DNA from: Scenedesmus sp. PABB004
Taxonomy: Eukaryota
Length of the DNA stretch: 64,000 nucleotides
NCBI GenBank assembly: GCA_014905635.1
Contig: JABVCE010000003.1
Location: forward strand, 248,001 to 312,000
Direction of reading: 5' to 3'
The notes under the pieces are model-generated. The model saw nothing but the letters and a program-made list of their open reading frames with translations. It had not been told where the DNA came from and searched no databases. The translations under genes were made by a program, and so were the position numbers. Positions 1 to 12,592 of this stretch are shown in pieces; positions within the stretch are counted from its first letter, which is position 1, and every line of letters starts with the position of its first letter.

Positions 1-95
1 GCCGACACCGGACGGCGCCGCATGCACGGCCCCCGCGCGCATGCGCAGCGCGACGCACGCCCGCGCCAACGCCGGCGCCGCAACCGCATCTGCAG

Positions 96-714
96 GTGGC
101 CATGCCGCCGGCGCTGGCGGGCAGCAGCGGCGGCGGGCGGGGGCCGGAGTTTGACTACGACCTGGAGCGCCAGGTCATGGCCGCGGACGCGTCCACCTCA
201 TTCGACGCGTTCCTGGCCAAGCCGGAGGTGCGCCGCCGGCGCGCCGCGCACCACGACCGCGCGCTGCTGCCGCGGCACGCGCCGCGCGGGGGTGCCTACG
301 GCTAGCCTGACCCCGCGCCCGCGCGCGCGGCTTGCAGGACTCGTTCTATGACAACACAAAGGCGGCGCGCTTTGTGCGCGCGGGCTTCAGCCCCGCCGTT
401 GTCAACCTGGCGCTCGCGTACCACGCGGCCAACCGCGGCGGCGGCGACGACCAGGCGCGCCCGCGCTGCGCCGCGCCGCGCTGCGCCGCGCCGCCGCGCC
501 GCCGGCCGCCCACGCGCTCACCCGCGCCCCCGCTGACCGGCCACCGCGTGCGCGCGCGCTGTGCCGGTCCCGCGCGCAGATCATGGCGTTCTGCGAGAAC
601 TTCCGCACGCTGACGCAGGAGATGAGCTTCAGTGCGGCGCTGGCGGCGGGCGCGCTCGTCAAGACCAAGAACGACCTCGCCGCCGCGGCCAACCTCATAA
701 CCGAGCTCAGCTGA
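96..714 (+). CDS. UBAP1-like ESCRT-I subunit (UMA-like motif + UBA-like C-terminus); probably 5'-partial
   Basis: Exons 96-227, 338-454, 580-714 splice to ...PEFDYDLERQVM...RFVRAGFSPAVVNLALA...IMAFCENFRTLTQEMSFSAALAAGALVKTKNDL..*. This resembles plant UBAP1-like proteins (FDFxLERKVL motif and tandem UBA-like helices). An acceptor TGCAG at 91-95 implies upstream exons outside the window. Confidence 0.7.
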
Positions 715-755
715 CCGCCCCAGCCGCTGCGGAAGCGGCGAGGCGCGGCGCGGCG

Positions 756-760
756 TGTAA
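756..760 (+). terminator. TGTAA chlorophyte polyadenylation signal
   Basis: TGTAA about 40 nt after the stop at 714; UGUAA is the established chlorophyte near-upstream element. Confidence 0.6.
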
Positions 761-794
761 GTTACGACGCCTGGACGCCTGGCTGCGCACGCGC

Positions 795-1603
795 TCACGG
801 CGCCGCCGCCAGCAGCGGGTCGGCCTCCGCCAGGCGCTGCGCCAGCGCCGCCACCTGCTCGCGCTCGGCGGCGGCCGCCAGCAGCCGCCGCAGCTCCGCG
901 CGGCGCTGCGCGCTGAGCGTGCTGCACCCCGGCGCCAGCCGGATGCCCGCCAGGCGTGGCTGCGCGGCGTCCGCCGACGCCGCAGCGCCGCCCCCGGCTG
1001 CGCCGCCGTCGGCCGCGCCCTGCGCCAGGGCGGCGCCGCTGTGGCCACTCGCAGGCGCCTCGCCGCTGGAGCTGGCGCTGCTCGCGTCGCTGTCGGCGTC
1101 GCTGTCGGCGTTAGACGCATACCCGCCGCTGGTGCTGGCGCCCTCGCTCTCGTCGCTGGCGTCGCTCGCGTCGCTGTCGCTGGCGCCCTCACTCGCGTCA
1201 CTGCCGCTGCTTTCTTGCTGTGCCAGCCGCGCCGCCACGGCGGCCTGGAACTCCAGCAGCAGGCCGTCGCCGGGCGCGGCCGCGAGCGCTGCGCGGCGCG
1301 CGCGCGGCGGCGGCAGGGGGGTCGGGCGCGCCCCCCGCCGGCGCGCCCACGCGCACAGCCCCCGCAGCGCAGCCGGCGGCACGCACCTTGCCCCAGGGCG
1401 GCGGACGCGGCGGCGTAGTCGCCGCCCCGCACCGCCGCGACGAGCGCGCGCTTGGCCTGCCACGGCGGCGCGGGCGGGCAGCGCTCGGCGGGCGTCCGCG
1501 GCGCGCTCGCAACCGCAGAGCGCGCTGCTCCACGCGCAGTCCTCAGGCGCACCTGCAGTCCCGGCGGGCCTGCGCCGGACGGCGTTGCCGCCGCCTGCTG
1601 CAT
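795..1603 (-). CDS. Hypothetical protein: TPR-like helical hairpin followed by acidic Ser/Asp-rich tract
   Basis: Two GT-AG introns join MQQAAATPSGAGPPGLQ|AKRALVAAVRGGDYAAASAALGQ|ALAAAPGDGLLLEFQAAVAARL to SDASDASDESE low-complexity sequence; stop at 795. Confidence 0.6.
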
Positions 1604-1911
1604 CGCCAGTCCGCCGGACTGAGTCCGGTCGGCGCGCGTTGACCGGGGCGCGCGGCTGGCCGCAGGCTGCCTGTGACCGGTGGTGGCGAGCAGTGGGCGT
1701 GCACGGCCAGCACGGCTTTTGCGCCTGCGCGCGCGCAGCGCACACACGCGCGACGTCGCGCGGGCGGCGCAGCTTGCGAGAGCCCCGGCGGCGCGCGCAC
1801 CGCGTGCCGCTGCCGTCGGGCGCGCCGCTGCGCACGCCAGTCCCCCGCACCGCGCCGCGATCGCCTCCAGCGACGCGCCCGGGCATGTAGGCGTCCGCGA
1901 GAGCGAGCGCT

Positions 1912-4900
1912 ATGTCGGCCAAGCGCACCGCGCTGCGGGAGGCGCGGGAGGCGCTCAGCGCGGGCGCCTGGCGCGACGCCGTGACCGCCTGCAAGGCGGC
2001 GCTGAAGGATGACCGCGCCTGCTATGAGGCCTACGTGTGAGCAGCAGCTCCGCCATCTGGCGCCCCGCACCGCGCGCCGCGGCGCCCGGCGGGCCCCGCC
2101 TGCAGCGCTCCGGCCGTGCGATCGTGATCTCCCGGCCCTGCCCGCGGCGCGGCGCGCCCTGAGGCCTGCCCGCCCCGCACGCCGCGGCCAAACGCTGCAG
2201 GTACCTTGGGAAGGCTGCCTACCACCTGGCGGAGTTTGAGCAGGCGCGGCGCGGGCCACGGCGTCGCACGCGCGCGTCAGGGATCGCGCAGCGCGCGGCG
2301 GCGGCGGCGCCGGCGGCGGCGGCAGCAGCAGCGGCAGTTGCGCCGGGCGCCGCGCCGCGGCGGCGGTGCGCGGGCACGCGGCAGTGGGCTGAGCCAGCCG
2401 CGCCGCGCCGGCGCAGGCGGAGGCGAGCTACCAGAAGGCGACCGAGCTCAACGACAAGGCGGCGGCGGCATGGCAGGGCCTGTCGCAGCTCTACCACGAC
2501 ACGCAGCAGTGGGTCAAGGCCGCGGACGCCGACCAGACGCTGGTGGGCGGTGTGCTTGTGTGTGTGTAGGGGGGGGGGCAGCGGCGCCAGCGCGCGCAGC
2601 GCAGCTCACACCACCGCTCGCCGCCGTGCCCCCGCCGCGCCCCCGCTGCGCCGCCAGGTCGACCTCGCGCTGCGCGGCGACGCGGGCCTGGCGGCCAAGC
2701 TGCCGGGCCTCGTGCGCCGCCTGGGCGAGGCGCACGTCGCGGCGGGGCAGCTGGAGGAGGCGGAGGTGTCGCTGCGCGAGGCGCTGGGGCGCGACATGCC
2801 GCGGCACGAGCGCCTCGACATGCTCGCGCAGCTCGCCGACGTGCAGCTCGCGGAGGACGAGACGGAGCTGGAGGCCAAGGTCGCGGCCAAGCTCGTCGCG
2901 GCGCTCGCCGCGGCGGGCGGCGACGGGGGCAAGGTGCGGCGCCGGGGCGGCGGCACCGCCGCCGCGGCCGCGCGCGCCGGCGCCGGCGCGGGGGCCCACG
3001 CCCCGCGGCGCCCCGGGCGCAGGTGTGCGAGGAGGCGGTGCGCAGCGCGGTGCTGTCCGAGGCGGCGGACGAGGCGCTGGAGCTCGACTGCGACCACGCG
3101 ACGCCTACGCTCAAGGAGATTGTGTGCTTCGCCGCACCGACGCCGCCGTACGTCAAGTACCACGACGCCTACCTGCGCAGGCGCGCGCACGACAGCTGCG
3201 GCTGCGGGGCGCCGCGGCGGGGCGCCACGGCGGGGCGGCACGGGGCGCCGCGGCGGGGCTGCGGGCGCCCGCGACGGCGGCCGGCGGGCGGCGCCGACGC
3301 CGCGGCACGCCGCAGGCTCCGCCGCGCGGTCAACGTCGCGGCGCCGGGGTCGATGGACCGCCACAACCGGCGCGTCGCGGTGCTGGAGGTGTGCCGCGCG
3401 ATGATGGAGGGCCGCTGCGCCGCGGCGCCGGAGCGCGCGCGCGGCTGCGCGAGCGCGTACGCGTACGAGACGGCGCTGCGGCTGCTGGAGATTGAGGAGG
3501 AGATCGCCGGCGCCAGCCTGCCGCGCGTCAGCAGCCAGGTGCGCGGGCGCGGCCGCGGCCGGGGGCGCGGCGGCGGGCGCCGGGCCGCGCGCACCCTCAC
3601 CGGCGCCGCCCGGGCGCCGCCGCCGCTGCAGGAGTTCACCGCCGGCATGCGCGGCAGCCTGTCCGGCATCGCCTCGCCGCGCAGCGGCCTCGCGACGCCC
3701 ACGGCGTCGGGCCTTGCACCGTCGGCGTCGCTGCTGAGCCCCGGCAGCTTCTTTGGGACCTCCCTGCTCGGCGGCGGGCGCGTGGGCTCGCTCGCCGACG
3801 GCGGCCTGCGCAGCGGGCTCGCCACGCCGCGCGGCGGGAGCACGGCGGGCCTGCAGGCCATGGCGGGCGGCATGCCGCCGCTGGGGCCGGGCACGCCGCG
3901 GCGCGACATGTCGTCGGCGCGGCTCAGCGAGCTCGTGCACAACCCCATGGCCGGCGCAGCGGCGGCGGCGGAGGCGGGCATGGCGGAGCAGGAGCGCGAG
4001 AGCTTCAGCCAGCTCGCGGCCGAGGCCAGCTGCGGCGGCTCCGCCGCGGTCACACCCCCGGCGGGCTCCGCCGCGGCGACGCCCCTGGCCGGCGCCGGCT
4101 CGCTCGCCAACGGCAGCGCGTTTGCGGCCGCCGCGCCCGTGTCGCCGGGCGCGGCGGCCTCGCCGGACGGGCCCACGGCCGCGCCGCCGCGGCTGAACAT
4201 CCCGCGCCGCAGCTCGGGCCGCCTCGCCGGCGCGGGCGGCCTGTCCCTCGCGGTCGGCTCCGCCACGGCCGGCGGCGGGCTGGTCAGCCGCTACTCGTCG
4301 GCGGAGATGCTGGCGGCCGGGAGCCCCCGCTTTGCCAGCAGCCTCAGCGGCGGCGTCGCGGCGCTGCTCACGCCGCGCACGACCGCCGGCGGCGTGCTGC
4401 CCGCCGCGGCGCCGCTGCTGATGGCCGACTTGCAGATGGTCAGCCGCCGCCTCGCGCACGCGTTTCCCTGGAACGCGACCGCGCGCGTCCACGTGGCCAT
4501 GGCGCTGCGCCGGCGCGAGGCGTACGTAGCGTCGGCCGCGGCGACCGTCAAGCTCTCCTGCGACTGGCAGGGCCCGGGCGTGTCCGACCTCTCCTGCTCG
4601 CCGCTCGCGCAGCGCCTGCGCGCGGAGCGGCCGCGGCAGCTCGCGCGGCGCGCGGCGCTCATCAACCTGCTGGGTGCGGCGCCCCGCCGCCGCCGGCGCG
4701 GCCCCGCCGCAGCGCCGCCGCGGCGGCCGCGCGCGCGGCGGCCCCGCCCGCCGACCCGCCGCCGCCGCACGCGCGCGCCGCGTCCGCCGCGCAGACAAGG
4801 GCCTCGCCGCGGGCGCGCCGGTCGTGTCTGGCATGATCGGCCTCGCCGAGCTGCGCCTCGAGGCGGGCGACCCCCAGGGCGCGCTGGAGGCGGCCAAGCG

Positions 4901-7900
4901 CGGCATACAGTTTGTCTTTGAGCGCAACAAGGTGTGTGGGGCTGCGCCGCGCCGCGCCGCCCGCGCCCGCCCGCCCGCAGGAGCCCCTGCGGCGCGCACC
5001 CTCTAGCACGCCCCCCCCCCCCCCCGCCGCCACCGGCCGACGCGCATGCCGCCCGCCGCCGCTCGCGTGTGCGCCGCAGGTCGGCAAGGAGCGCGCGCGG
5101 CACGCGGCGCTCGTGCTCAACCTGCTGGCCGCCCAGGCGCTGCTCGGCTGCGGGCAGGCCACCGACGCGGGGCGCATCTTTGTGAGGCTCGCGGCGCGCG
5201 TGAGCGAGGGCGAGGTCGCGTTTGGCAGCGAGGCGCTCGGCATGCCCGCGACCAGCATCCGCCAGCAGGCCATCCGGTGCGTGTGTGTGTGTGGGGGGGG
5301 GGGAGGGAGAGGTCCACAAGCGCGCGGCGGCGCGGCTGGAGCGCGGCTGGAGCGCGGCGCTGACACAGCGCGCGCACGCCGCCGCACGCACGCCCGCGCG
5401 CGCGCGCGCAGCGGGCTGGCGCAGGTCGCGCTCGCGCAGGGCGACAGCTGCCAGGCGCTGCACCATTACGGCGAGCTCGTGTCCAAGGCGCTCATGGGCC
5501 GCGGCAGCGCGGAGCACTGGGCGTACGCAGAGTACGGCTGGCTGCTCTTCCAGGCGCGTGCGGGAGCGGGGAGCGCGGGAGCGGCGCGGGAGCGCGCGCG
5601 GCCGGGTGTCTGCGCGCTGCGGGCGGCCAGGGAGGGCGCTGAGGGCGGGGGCCAACGTGCGCGCCGGCGCCGCGCGGTGTGCCGCCGCGCGCAGGAGGGC
5701 AACGCCGACGCGGGGCGGTACCAGCTCGAGGCGGCGCTCGACGTCCTCGCCCGCGCCGCGCCGCTGCCGCCCGCCGAGGCGGAGGCCGTGGCGGCAGACT
5801 ACCACTACAAGCTGGCGCGGTGCGTGTGTTGTGGTTGGGAATTGGGAGGCGGCAGCGGCGGCGTGACGGCGGCGGGCCGCAGGCTGGGCGGGGGCCGGCG
5901 CGCGCTGGCTGCGACGCCGACGCGCGCCGCGCCGACGCCGACGCCGCACGCCGCGCGCAGCATCTACTGGGCCCTGGGCGGCGCGTGGCGCGCGGAGCGC
6001 GAGCACTGCCACACGCACCTCCTCGACGCGGCGGCGGTGGAGGGCCCGCAGCAGGCGACCGCGTTTGAGTGGCTCGGCCACTGGTACGCCCAGGTCGGCG
6101 ACGACGAGGCGCGCGCGCGCAAGTGCTACCAGCGCGCGCTCGCGCTCGACCCCACGCTGGTGAGCGCCGCGGCGTGCCGGCGCGGCGGCGGCGCGCAGAG
6201 CGCGCAGCGCGCGCGCCCACGCGGCCGCCCCACGCCCCGCGCGCGAGCAGGAGGGCGCCGGCAACGCGCTGTGCGACCTGCTGCACGCGCGCGGCGGCGG
6301 GGGCGCGCCCGCGCTGGAGGGTGGGCTGCTGGCGGAGATGCTCGCGCGCGCGCCCGACGCGGCCTGGGCGCGCGTGCGGCTGGCGCGGCTGGAGCTCGAG
6401 CGTGGGCGCTACGAGCCGGCCGTCGCGGCTCACCAGGCGGCTATTCGGTGCGGCCCACCCGGGCGGCGTGCCGGCGTGCCAACGCGTAGCCACCGGCGCA
6501 ACCGCCGCCGCCGACACGCACCCGCGCGCCGCCGCCGCCGCCGCAGCTCGGCGCCCAAGGACGCGTGTCTGTGGGAGGCCCTGGGCGCGTCGTACCAGGC
6601 GCTCGGGCGGCACGCGTCGGCGCTCAAGGCGCTCACGCGCGCGCTGGAGCTCGACCCGGCGCGCCCGTACGCGCTGATGGCCTGCGGCGCGCTGCACTAC
6701 ATGGCCGGCGCGTACGAGGACGCGGCGGCGGCGTACCGCGGCGCGCTGGCGCTCGCGCCCGGCCACCCCGCCGCGCTGCTGGGCCTGGGCGAGGTGCTGC
6801 TCGCGTCGGGGTGCCGCCACGCCGCGATGGGCGCCGCCGGCGCGGCGGCGCTGGAGCTGGGCGAGGCCGCGTCGCGCGCGGGCGAGGCGGCGCGCGGCGC
6901 CAAGTTTGCGCCGGCCGGCGCCGGCGAGGCGGCAGCGGCGCCGGCGGGCGCCGAGGCGCCCGGGGGGCCGAGGCGGCGCCGGCGGAGCCGCGGCTGGCGG
7001 CGAGCAGCAACCTCGTGACTGCGTGGAAGCTGCTGGGCGACGTGCAGCTGCAGCAGCACCTGCTGCAGCCGTCGGCGGCGGCGGCGGCCGACGCGCCGGG
7101 CGGCGGCGGCGGCGGCGAGCCCACCGTCGCGGCCGCGCTCGTGCACCTCGCGTCGCGGCGGGGGCTGCTGCGCTCCGCGCGCCGCGCGTACGCGCACGCG
7201 CTGGCGCTCGACCCCGCCTCGGGCGAGCTCTGGGGCGACGTCGCGCTGTGCTACAGCTACGAGGCGCAGCTGCTGCAGCAGCTGCAGCCCCCCGGCGGCG
7301 CGCCCGGCGCGCCCGCCGCCGCCATCGCCGCCGCGCGGTCCGCCGCGGTGTCGACCGCGCGCGGCGGGCTGCGGCTCGCGCCCACGAGTGCGTGGCTGTG
7401 GGGCGTGCTCGCCGGCGCGCTCGCGGCGGCGGGCGACCCCGCGGCGGCAGAGTACGCCTACAGCCGCGCGCTCGCGCTCGACCCGCGCGCCGCGGCGACG
7501 TGGGTGGCGCTGGGCCGCCTCTACAGCCGCCACGGCTCAGGTGAGAGTGCACTGAGCGGGCAGGGCTGAGCCAGCGGGGCGGCCGTCGGCGGGGGGCGCG
7601 CGACGCCGCAGCGGCGCGCTGCGCCGGCGTCCGCCCGCGGCTCACCGTCGCACCGCGCCGCCGCAGCCGAGCTCGCGGAGCAGTGCTACGAGGCGGCGCG
7701 CGGCTCGGAGCCGACGCTCGTGTCGGTGTGGGAGGCCATGGCCGCGACCGCGGCCGCGAACGGCAGCGCCGCCGGCACCGCCGCCGCGGGCGCGGCCGCC
7801 GAGCACGCGGTGGGCCTGGGCGGCGGGCCGGAGTCGTGGCTGGCGTACGCGACGGCTGGGCTGCGCAGCCGCGACGGGCAGCAGGAGGGGCTGCTGCTCG

Positions 7901-8555
7901 CGTGCGCGGCCAAGGCGAGCGCGCACCAGCCGCTGCTGCTGCCGCCGCACGCGGCGCTCGCGGCGGCGCTCGAGGCGCGCGGGCAGCACGGCTCGGCCGC
8001 CGCGGCGCTGCGGTACTGCCTCGCGCTGCTGCGTGCGGGCCAGGCGCAGGGCAGCGACGGCCTCGCCGCGCTGGGCCTGTCGGGCGTCGGCGACGGCTTC
8101 CTGCAGGCCACGCACCGCCTGCTGCTGCTGCCGCCCGCCGCGGGGAGAGGCGCCGCGCCCGCGCCCGCGGGCGGCGCGACGGCCGCCGCCGTCGAGGCGG
8201 CGCTGCGGCTCGCGCTCGCACGCAACCTCGCCCTGTCCGGCGACTCCGCCGGCGCGCTCGCGCTGTACGGCGAACTGGAGGCCGACGGCGCGCTCGGCGG
8301 CGACGCGGCCAGCCCCGACACCCCGAGCTGGCTTGCGTACGGCCACGCCGCGCTGGCCGCCGGCCAGCCGGGCCTGTGCGGCCGCGTGCTGCAGCGCGCG
8401 GTGGAGGAGGCGGCGGACGAGCGCGCGCGCCTTGCCGCGGTCATGGCGCTGCTGCAGGTGCGCCGCGGTCGCCGCCGCGTGTGCTGTGTGGGCTGCGCAC
8501 GTCGCTGGCGCCCCGGGGCGGCGGCGGCCCCGCCCGGCCCCATCCGCGCTCACGC

Positions 8556-8594
<39 letters not shown>

Positions 8595-10580
8595 CCCCCG
8601 CGCCGCCAGTTCCACATCGCGCAGGGCAGCCTGGAGGCGGGCTTCGCGCTGCTGCTGCAGCACCTGCCGTCGCTCGCGAGCGAGACCACTGCGCTCGCGG
8701 GCCCGTGCGCCAAGGCCTGGCTCGCGCTCGTCGTCGCCGCGGCGGCGGCGCGCGCGCCCGAGGTGCTGGCCCAGGTCACCGAGGTCTTCCGCCAGGTGGT
8801 CGCCGGCCAGGCGCCGCACCTCGACGCGGCGTGGGTGAGTCGCGCCGCGGCGGCGTGCGGGGCAGGGAGGGCCGGACCACGCGGGCCCCGCGGCCCCTCC
8901 GCCGCGCGCCCCCGCGCCGACGCCGGCGCCGGCGCGCCGCGCGCGCCGCAGGTCGAGTGCGAGCTGCTGTGCGTGACCGCCGCGAGCGAGGCGGCCGGCG
9001 GCGCCGCGAGCGCGGCGGTGCGCGCGCTCGCGCGCGGCGTGCACACCTGCCCCTGGCACGTGCCCGCGCGGCTGCGCCTCGCGCAGGCGGTGCTCGCGGG
9101 CAATCCGCGCGCCGCGACGGCCGCGTACCGCGCGTGCCCGGTGCTGCGCCCGGAGGCCTACGCCTCCTCGGCGAGCGGCGCGAGCCTCGGCCTCGCCCCG
9201 GCGGCGCCGCCGGCGGGGCAGGCGCAGCACGCGCGGCCGGCGGCGGCGCCCGGCGGCGACGCGGCGGCGCTCGCGCTCGGCGAGGTGCTGGCCGCGGCGT
9301 CGGCGCGCGCGACCGCGCTGTCGGGCCAGGTCGCGGCGGCTGTCGCGGCGCAGGCGGGCGCGGAGGTCGCGGCGCTGCAGCGCCTGCTGCACGGCCTTCC
9401 GTCCAGCCCCGACGTCTGGTACTGCCTCGCCCTGTCCGCGCTGCTGCGCGCCGTCGGCGACGGCCAGGCGCACCACTTCCGCGCCGCGCGCCGCGCCTGC
9501 CTCGCCGCGCTGTCGCGCGTCGACGCGCTCATCGCGACCGCGGGCGAGCGCCCCGACGCCGGCGGCGCCGCCCCCGGCGGCCCCGCGTCGCTGCTGCACT
9601 GCAGCCGGGCGCAGCTGCAGGAGGTGCGCGTGCGGCTCATGGTCGCGGTGAGCGAGTGCGCCCAGCACAGCCGCCTGCCGGGCTGCCACGACGACGCGCG
9701 CACGTGGGCTATGGACGCGCTGTCCGCGGCGCTCGGCGCCGGCGGCGTCGGCACCGCGACGGCGCACCGCCAGGTCGGGCGCATGCTCGCGCTTGAGGGC
9801 ATGGCCGCGCAGGCGGAGATGGCGTACCGCCAGGCCGTGACCGCAAGCGGCGGCGCGGCGGCCGGCGCGGTGCTGGAGCTCGCCAAGCTGCTCGCGGGGC
9901 AGGGGCGGCAGGCGGAGGCCGTGGAGCTGCTGCACGGCATCTGGGGCGCCGCCGCGGGCGGCCTCGCCGGCGACGGCGCGTCGGCCGCGCCCGCTGCCGG
10001 CGGCGGCGGCGGCGGCGACGCGCTCGGCCCGGGGTCCACCTTTGTGGAGGCGGCTGCGCTGGAGGAGGCGCTGCTGCTGGCGGAGCTGGGGCAGTGGGAC
10101 GCCGCGCGCGCCGCCGCGGCCGAGGGGCTGCGCCTCGCGCGCGCGTCGGGCGACACCGCGCCCGCCGCCGCGGAGCTGGTGACCGCGAGCGTCGCGCTCG
10201 CGGCGGCCATCGCGGCGGCGCCGCCCGGCGCCGACGCCGACGCCGCGCGCCCGCTGCTGCTCGAGGCGCGCTGGGCGGCGAGCGGCGCCGCCAAGAGCGG
10301 CATGGCGCTGCCGGGCAACGTCGGCATCTCTGCGGCGGGCATCGGCGCCGCGGTGCTCGCGGCGGTCGAGCTGGCGCGGGGCAAGTTGCAGAAGGCGTAC
10401 GAGGCGATCGGCATGTCGTTCGGCGCGTGGGTGGACCAGGCCGTGCCCGCGGCGGTGCTCGTCGCCGCGGGCGGGCTCACGGGGGAGGTCTCGGACTGCG
10501 CCGCCGCGGTGCACACCGCGCCCTGGCTGCCGCAGGCGTGGGAGCGCCTGCGGCTCGCCGCCGCCGCCGCGGGGCGGTGA
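1912..10580 (+). CDS. SKI3: Superkiller complex TPR protein SKI3/TTC37
   Basis: N-terminus MSAKRTALREAREAL..WRDAVTACKAALKDDRACYEAYVYLGKAAYHLAEFEQAEASYQKATELNDKAAAAWQGL matches the SKI3 N-terminus. Later AFEWLGHWY..DEARARKCYQRALALDP, LWEALGASY and AWKLLGD TPRs. About 16 introns; one apparent frameshift near 6962-6967. Confidence 0.88.
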
Positions 10581-10900
10581 CGCCGGCCGAGGGGTGGGGG
10601 CGGGGAGGGGCGGGGAGGGGCGGGGCGGGGCGCGGGGCGGGGGCGGGGGGCGGCGGGCTGCCTCGCCCGCGGCAGTTTTGTGCAGTTGACCAGGGAGCGA
10701 GGAAGAAGAAGAGTGAACGTCATCACGGCACATGGTCACAGTGGCGGCGGTTGTGCGGGGCGTGCGGCGCGCGGCGGGTCGTGCTTTGAAATCGAGTGGC
10801 CCGTGCTCGCGCGCCACTCGATCTGTCCGCTCGGGGCCTCACTCTCGCCCGGCGCCCGGCGACCCTGGGCGCAGGCGTCGAGCAGCGTTGAGCAGCGGCG

Positions 10901-12552
10901 ATGGCTTCGCTCGCAGCCGCCGCCCCGCGCTGCCCGCGCCCCGCGCCGCCACCGGCGCCCGGCCCGCGGTGCTGCCGCCCCGTGATCCCGGCCCCGGCGC
11001 GCCGGCAGCTCACAGCAGCGCGCGCGAGCGCGGCCGCCGCCGGCGGCGCAGCGCCGTCGTCGTACGGCGAGCTCACGCAGCGCCTGGTGGGCCTCAGCAG
11101 CCTGCCCTTCACCTTCATCGTGGTGCCCCAGGTCCTGCAGAACCTGGCCAACATCCAGGCGGGCCAGCTCGCGGCGCTCGCGGCGATCAGCTGGGTCGGG
11201 TGCGGACGCGCGCGCCCCCGCCGCCGCCCGGCGACCGCCGCCGCCGGCTCTGCAGCCCCTGCGCCCCGCCCGGCGCGCGCAGCCGGCGCCGCAGCCCCAC
11301 GCGCGCGCGCCTGCCGCCGCCGCCGCCGCCGCGCGCCGCGCGCCGCGGCGCAGCTGGTGCGCGGGGCTGGCGGGCAACGGTCTGATGGCGGTCTACCTCG
11401 CCGCCCGGGGCGAGCGCACCGCGGTCAACGTGCAGCTCATCGGCATCGCCTCCAACCTCGCCGTCCTGGCCCAGCTCTGGCACGCGCAGGTCATGCCGAC
11501 GCAGGCGTTTGCCGCGGTGCTCGTCGCCGCGGGCGCCGTCGCGGCCGCGAGCGCGGCGCGCGCGGCCGGGCGGCTCGGCGACGCGCAGTGGCTGCCCTTC
11601 GAGGCGCTCGCGGGCGCCGTGGGCGTGGGCGCCGCGCCGCAGGTGCGCGCGGCAGGCGGCCGGGGCAAGCGGGCGGGGGTTTGGCGCGGCGCCAGCCGCG
11701 CGCCACCGCCGCGCCCGCCGCGCCGCGCCGCAGGTGCTGTGGTCGGCCTTTGTGCCGGGCCCGGCCAGCCCCGCGCCGTCCCTCGTGGCGGCGGCCGCCG
11801 CGGCGCTGTGGCTGAAGCAGCGGCAGCTCGGCTCGCAGCAGGCGCTGCGCAAGGCCATCTCGCAGCTGCCGGGCCTCTGCGCGACAGCAATGTTTGCGCT
11901 GTCGCCCATCCCGCAGCTGGTGCGCGCCGCCGGCCACCGCGCGCGCGCGCCGCGCCGGACGCGCCGCGCGTGCCGCCCGCTCGCCTGCGATACCCGCCGT
12001 GCGCGCGCGACCCCCGCCGCCGCCGACCACGCCGCCGCCGCACGATCCGCCGCCGCCGCGGCGCGCCGCGCCGCCCTGCTGCGTGTGCGTGCAACCTCTA
12101 GGTGCGCAACTTCTCCGACCTCTCCAGCCTGGCGGGCCTGAGCCTGGGCACCATGCTGCTGGCGCTGCTGGGCAACGCGGTGTGCATCCCGCGCGCGCTC
12201 TTCACGCGCGACCCCGCGTGGACCTTTGGCGCGACCTGGGGCTGCCTGCTCATGGGCTGGGCGCAGCTGCTCAGCCTCGCGCTCGGGACAAACCCCGCGA
12301 CCGGGTGCGCGCGGCGGCGGCCCTGCGCGGGCGGGGCCGTGCCCGCTGCGACTGGCTGTGCCCGCCGCCGGCTGACCGGCGCGCGCCGCGCGCCGCAGCG
12401 CGCGCTTCCTGCCCGTGCCGGCGTTCCTCGCGCTGAGCGCGTCGCTGTTTGGCTACCTGTCGTGGGTGGTCACGACCGACGCGCGCGAGAAGGGCCTGCC
12501 GCCGCTGGCGAGCTACGCCGACGTGTACTGGCCGCAGCGCCGCGCCGCGTGA
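10901..12552 (+). CDS. MEX1: Plastid maltose exporter MEX1/RCP1-like
   Basis: Transit-peptide-like N-terminus, then LTQRLVGLSSLPFTFIVVPQVLQN..GLAGNGLMAVYLAARGERTAVNVQLIG..LAQLWHAQVMP and ATAMFALSPIPQLVRNF..LGNAVCIPRALFTRDPAW; 4 introns. Confidence 0.85.
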
Positions 12553-12592
12553 CGCGCGGGCGGGGCAGCGTGAAACCAAACACCCGACCCCG

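Noticed and set aside
8562..8593. Long poly-C run (and several poly-G runs in introns)
   Set aside because: Simple intronic homopolymers of unreliable length; no evidence of function.
3181..8951. Many SKI3 introns are multiples of 3 and stop-free (7 of 16)
   Set aside because: Eight of 16 are 3n versus one third expected, which is not convincing at this sample size; lack of stops follows from GC content.
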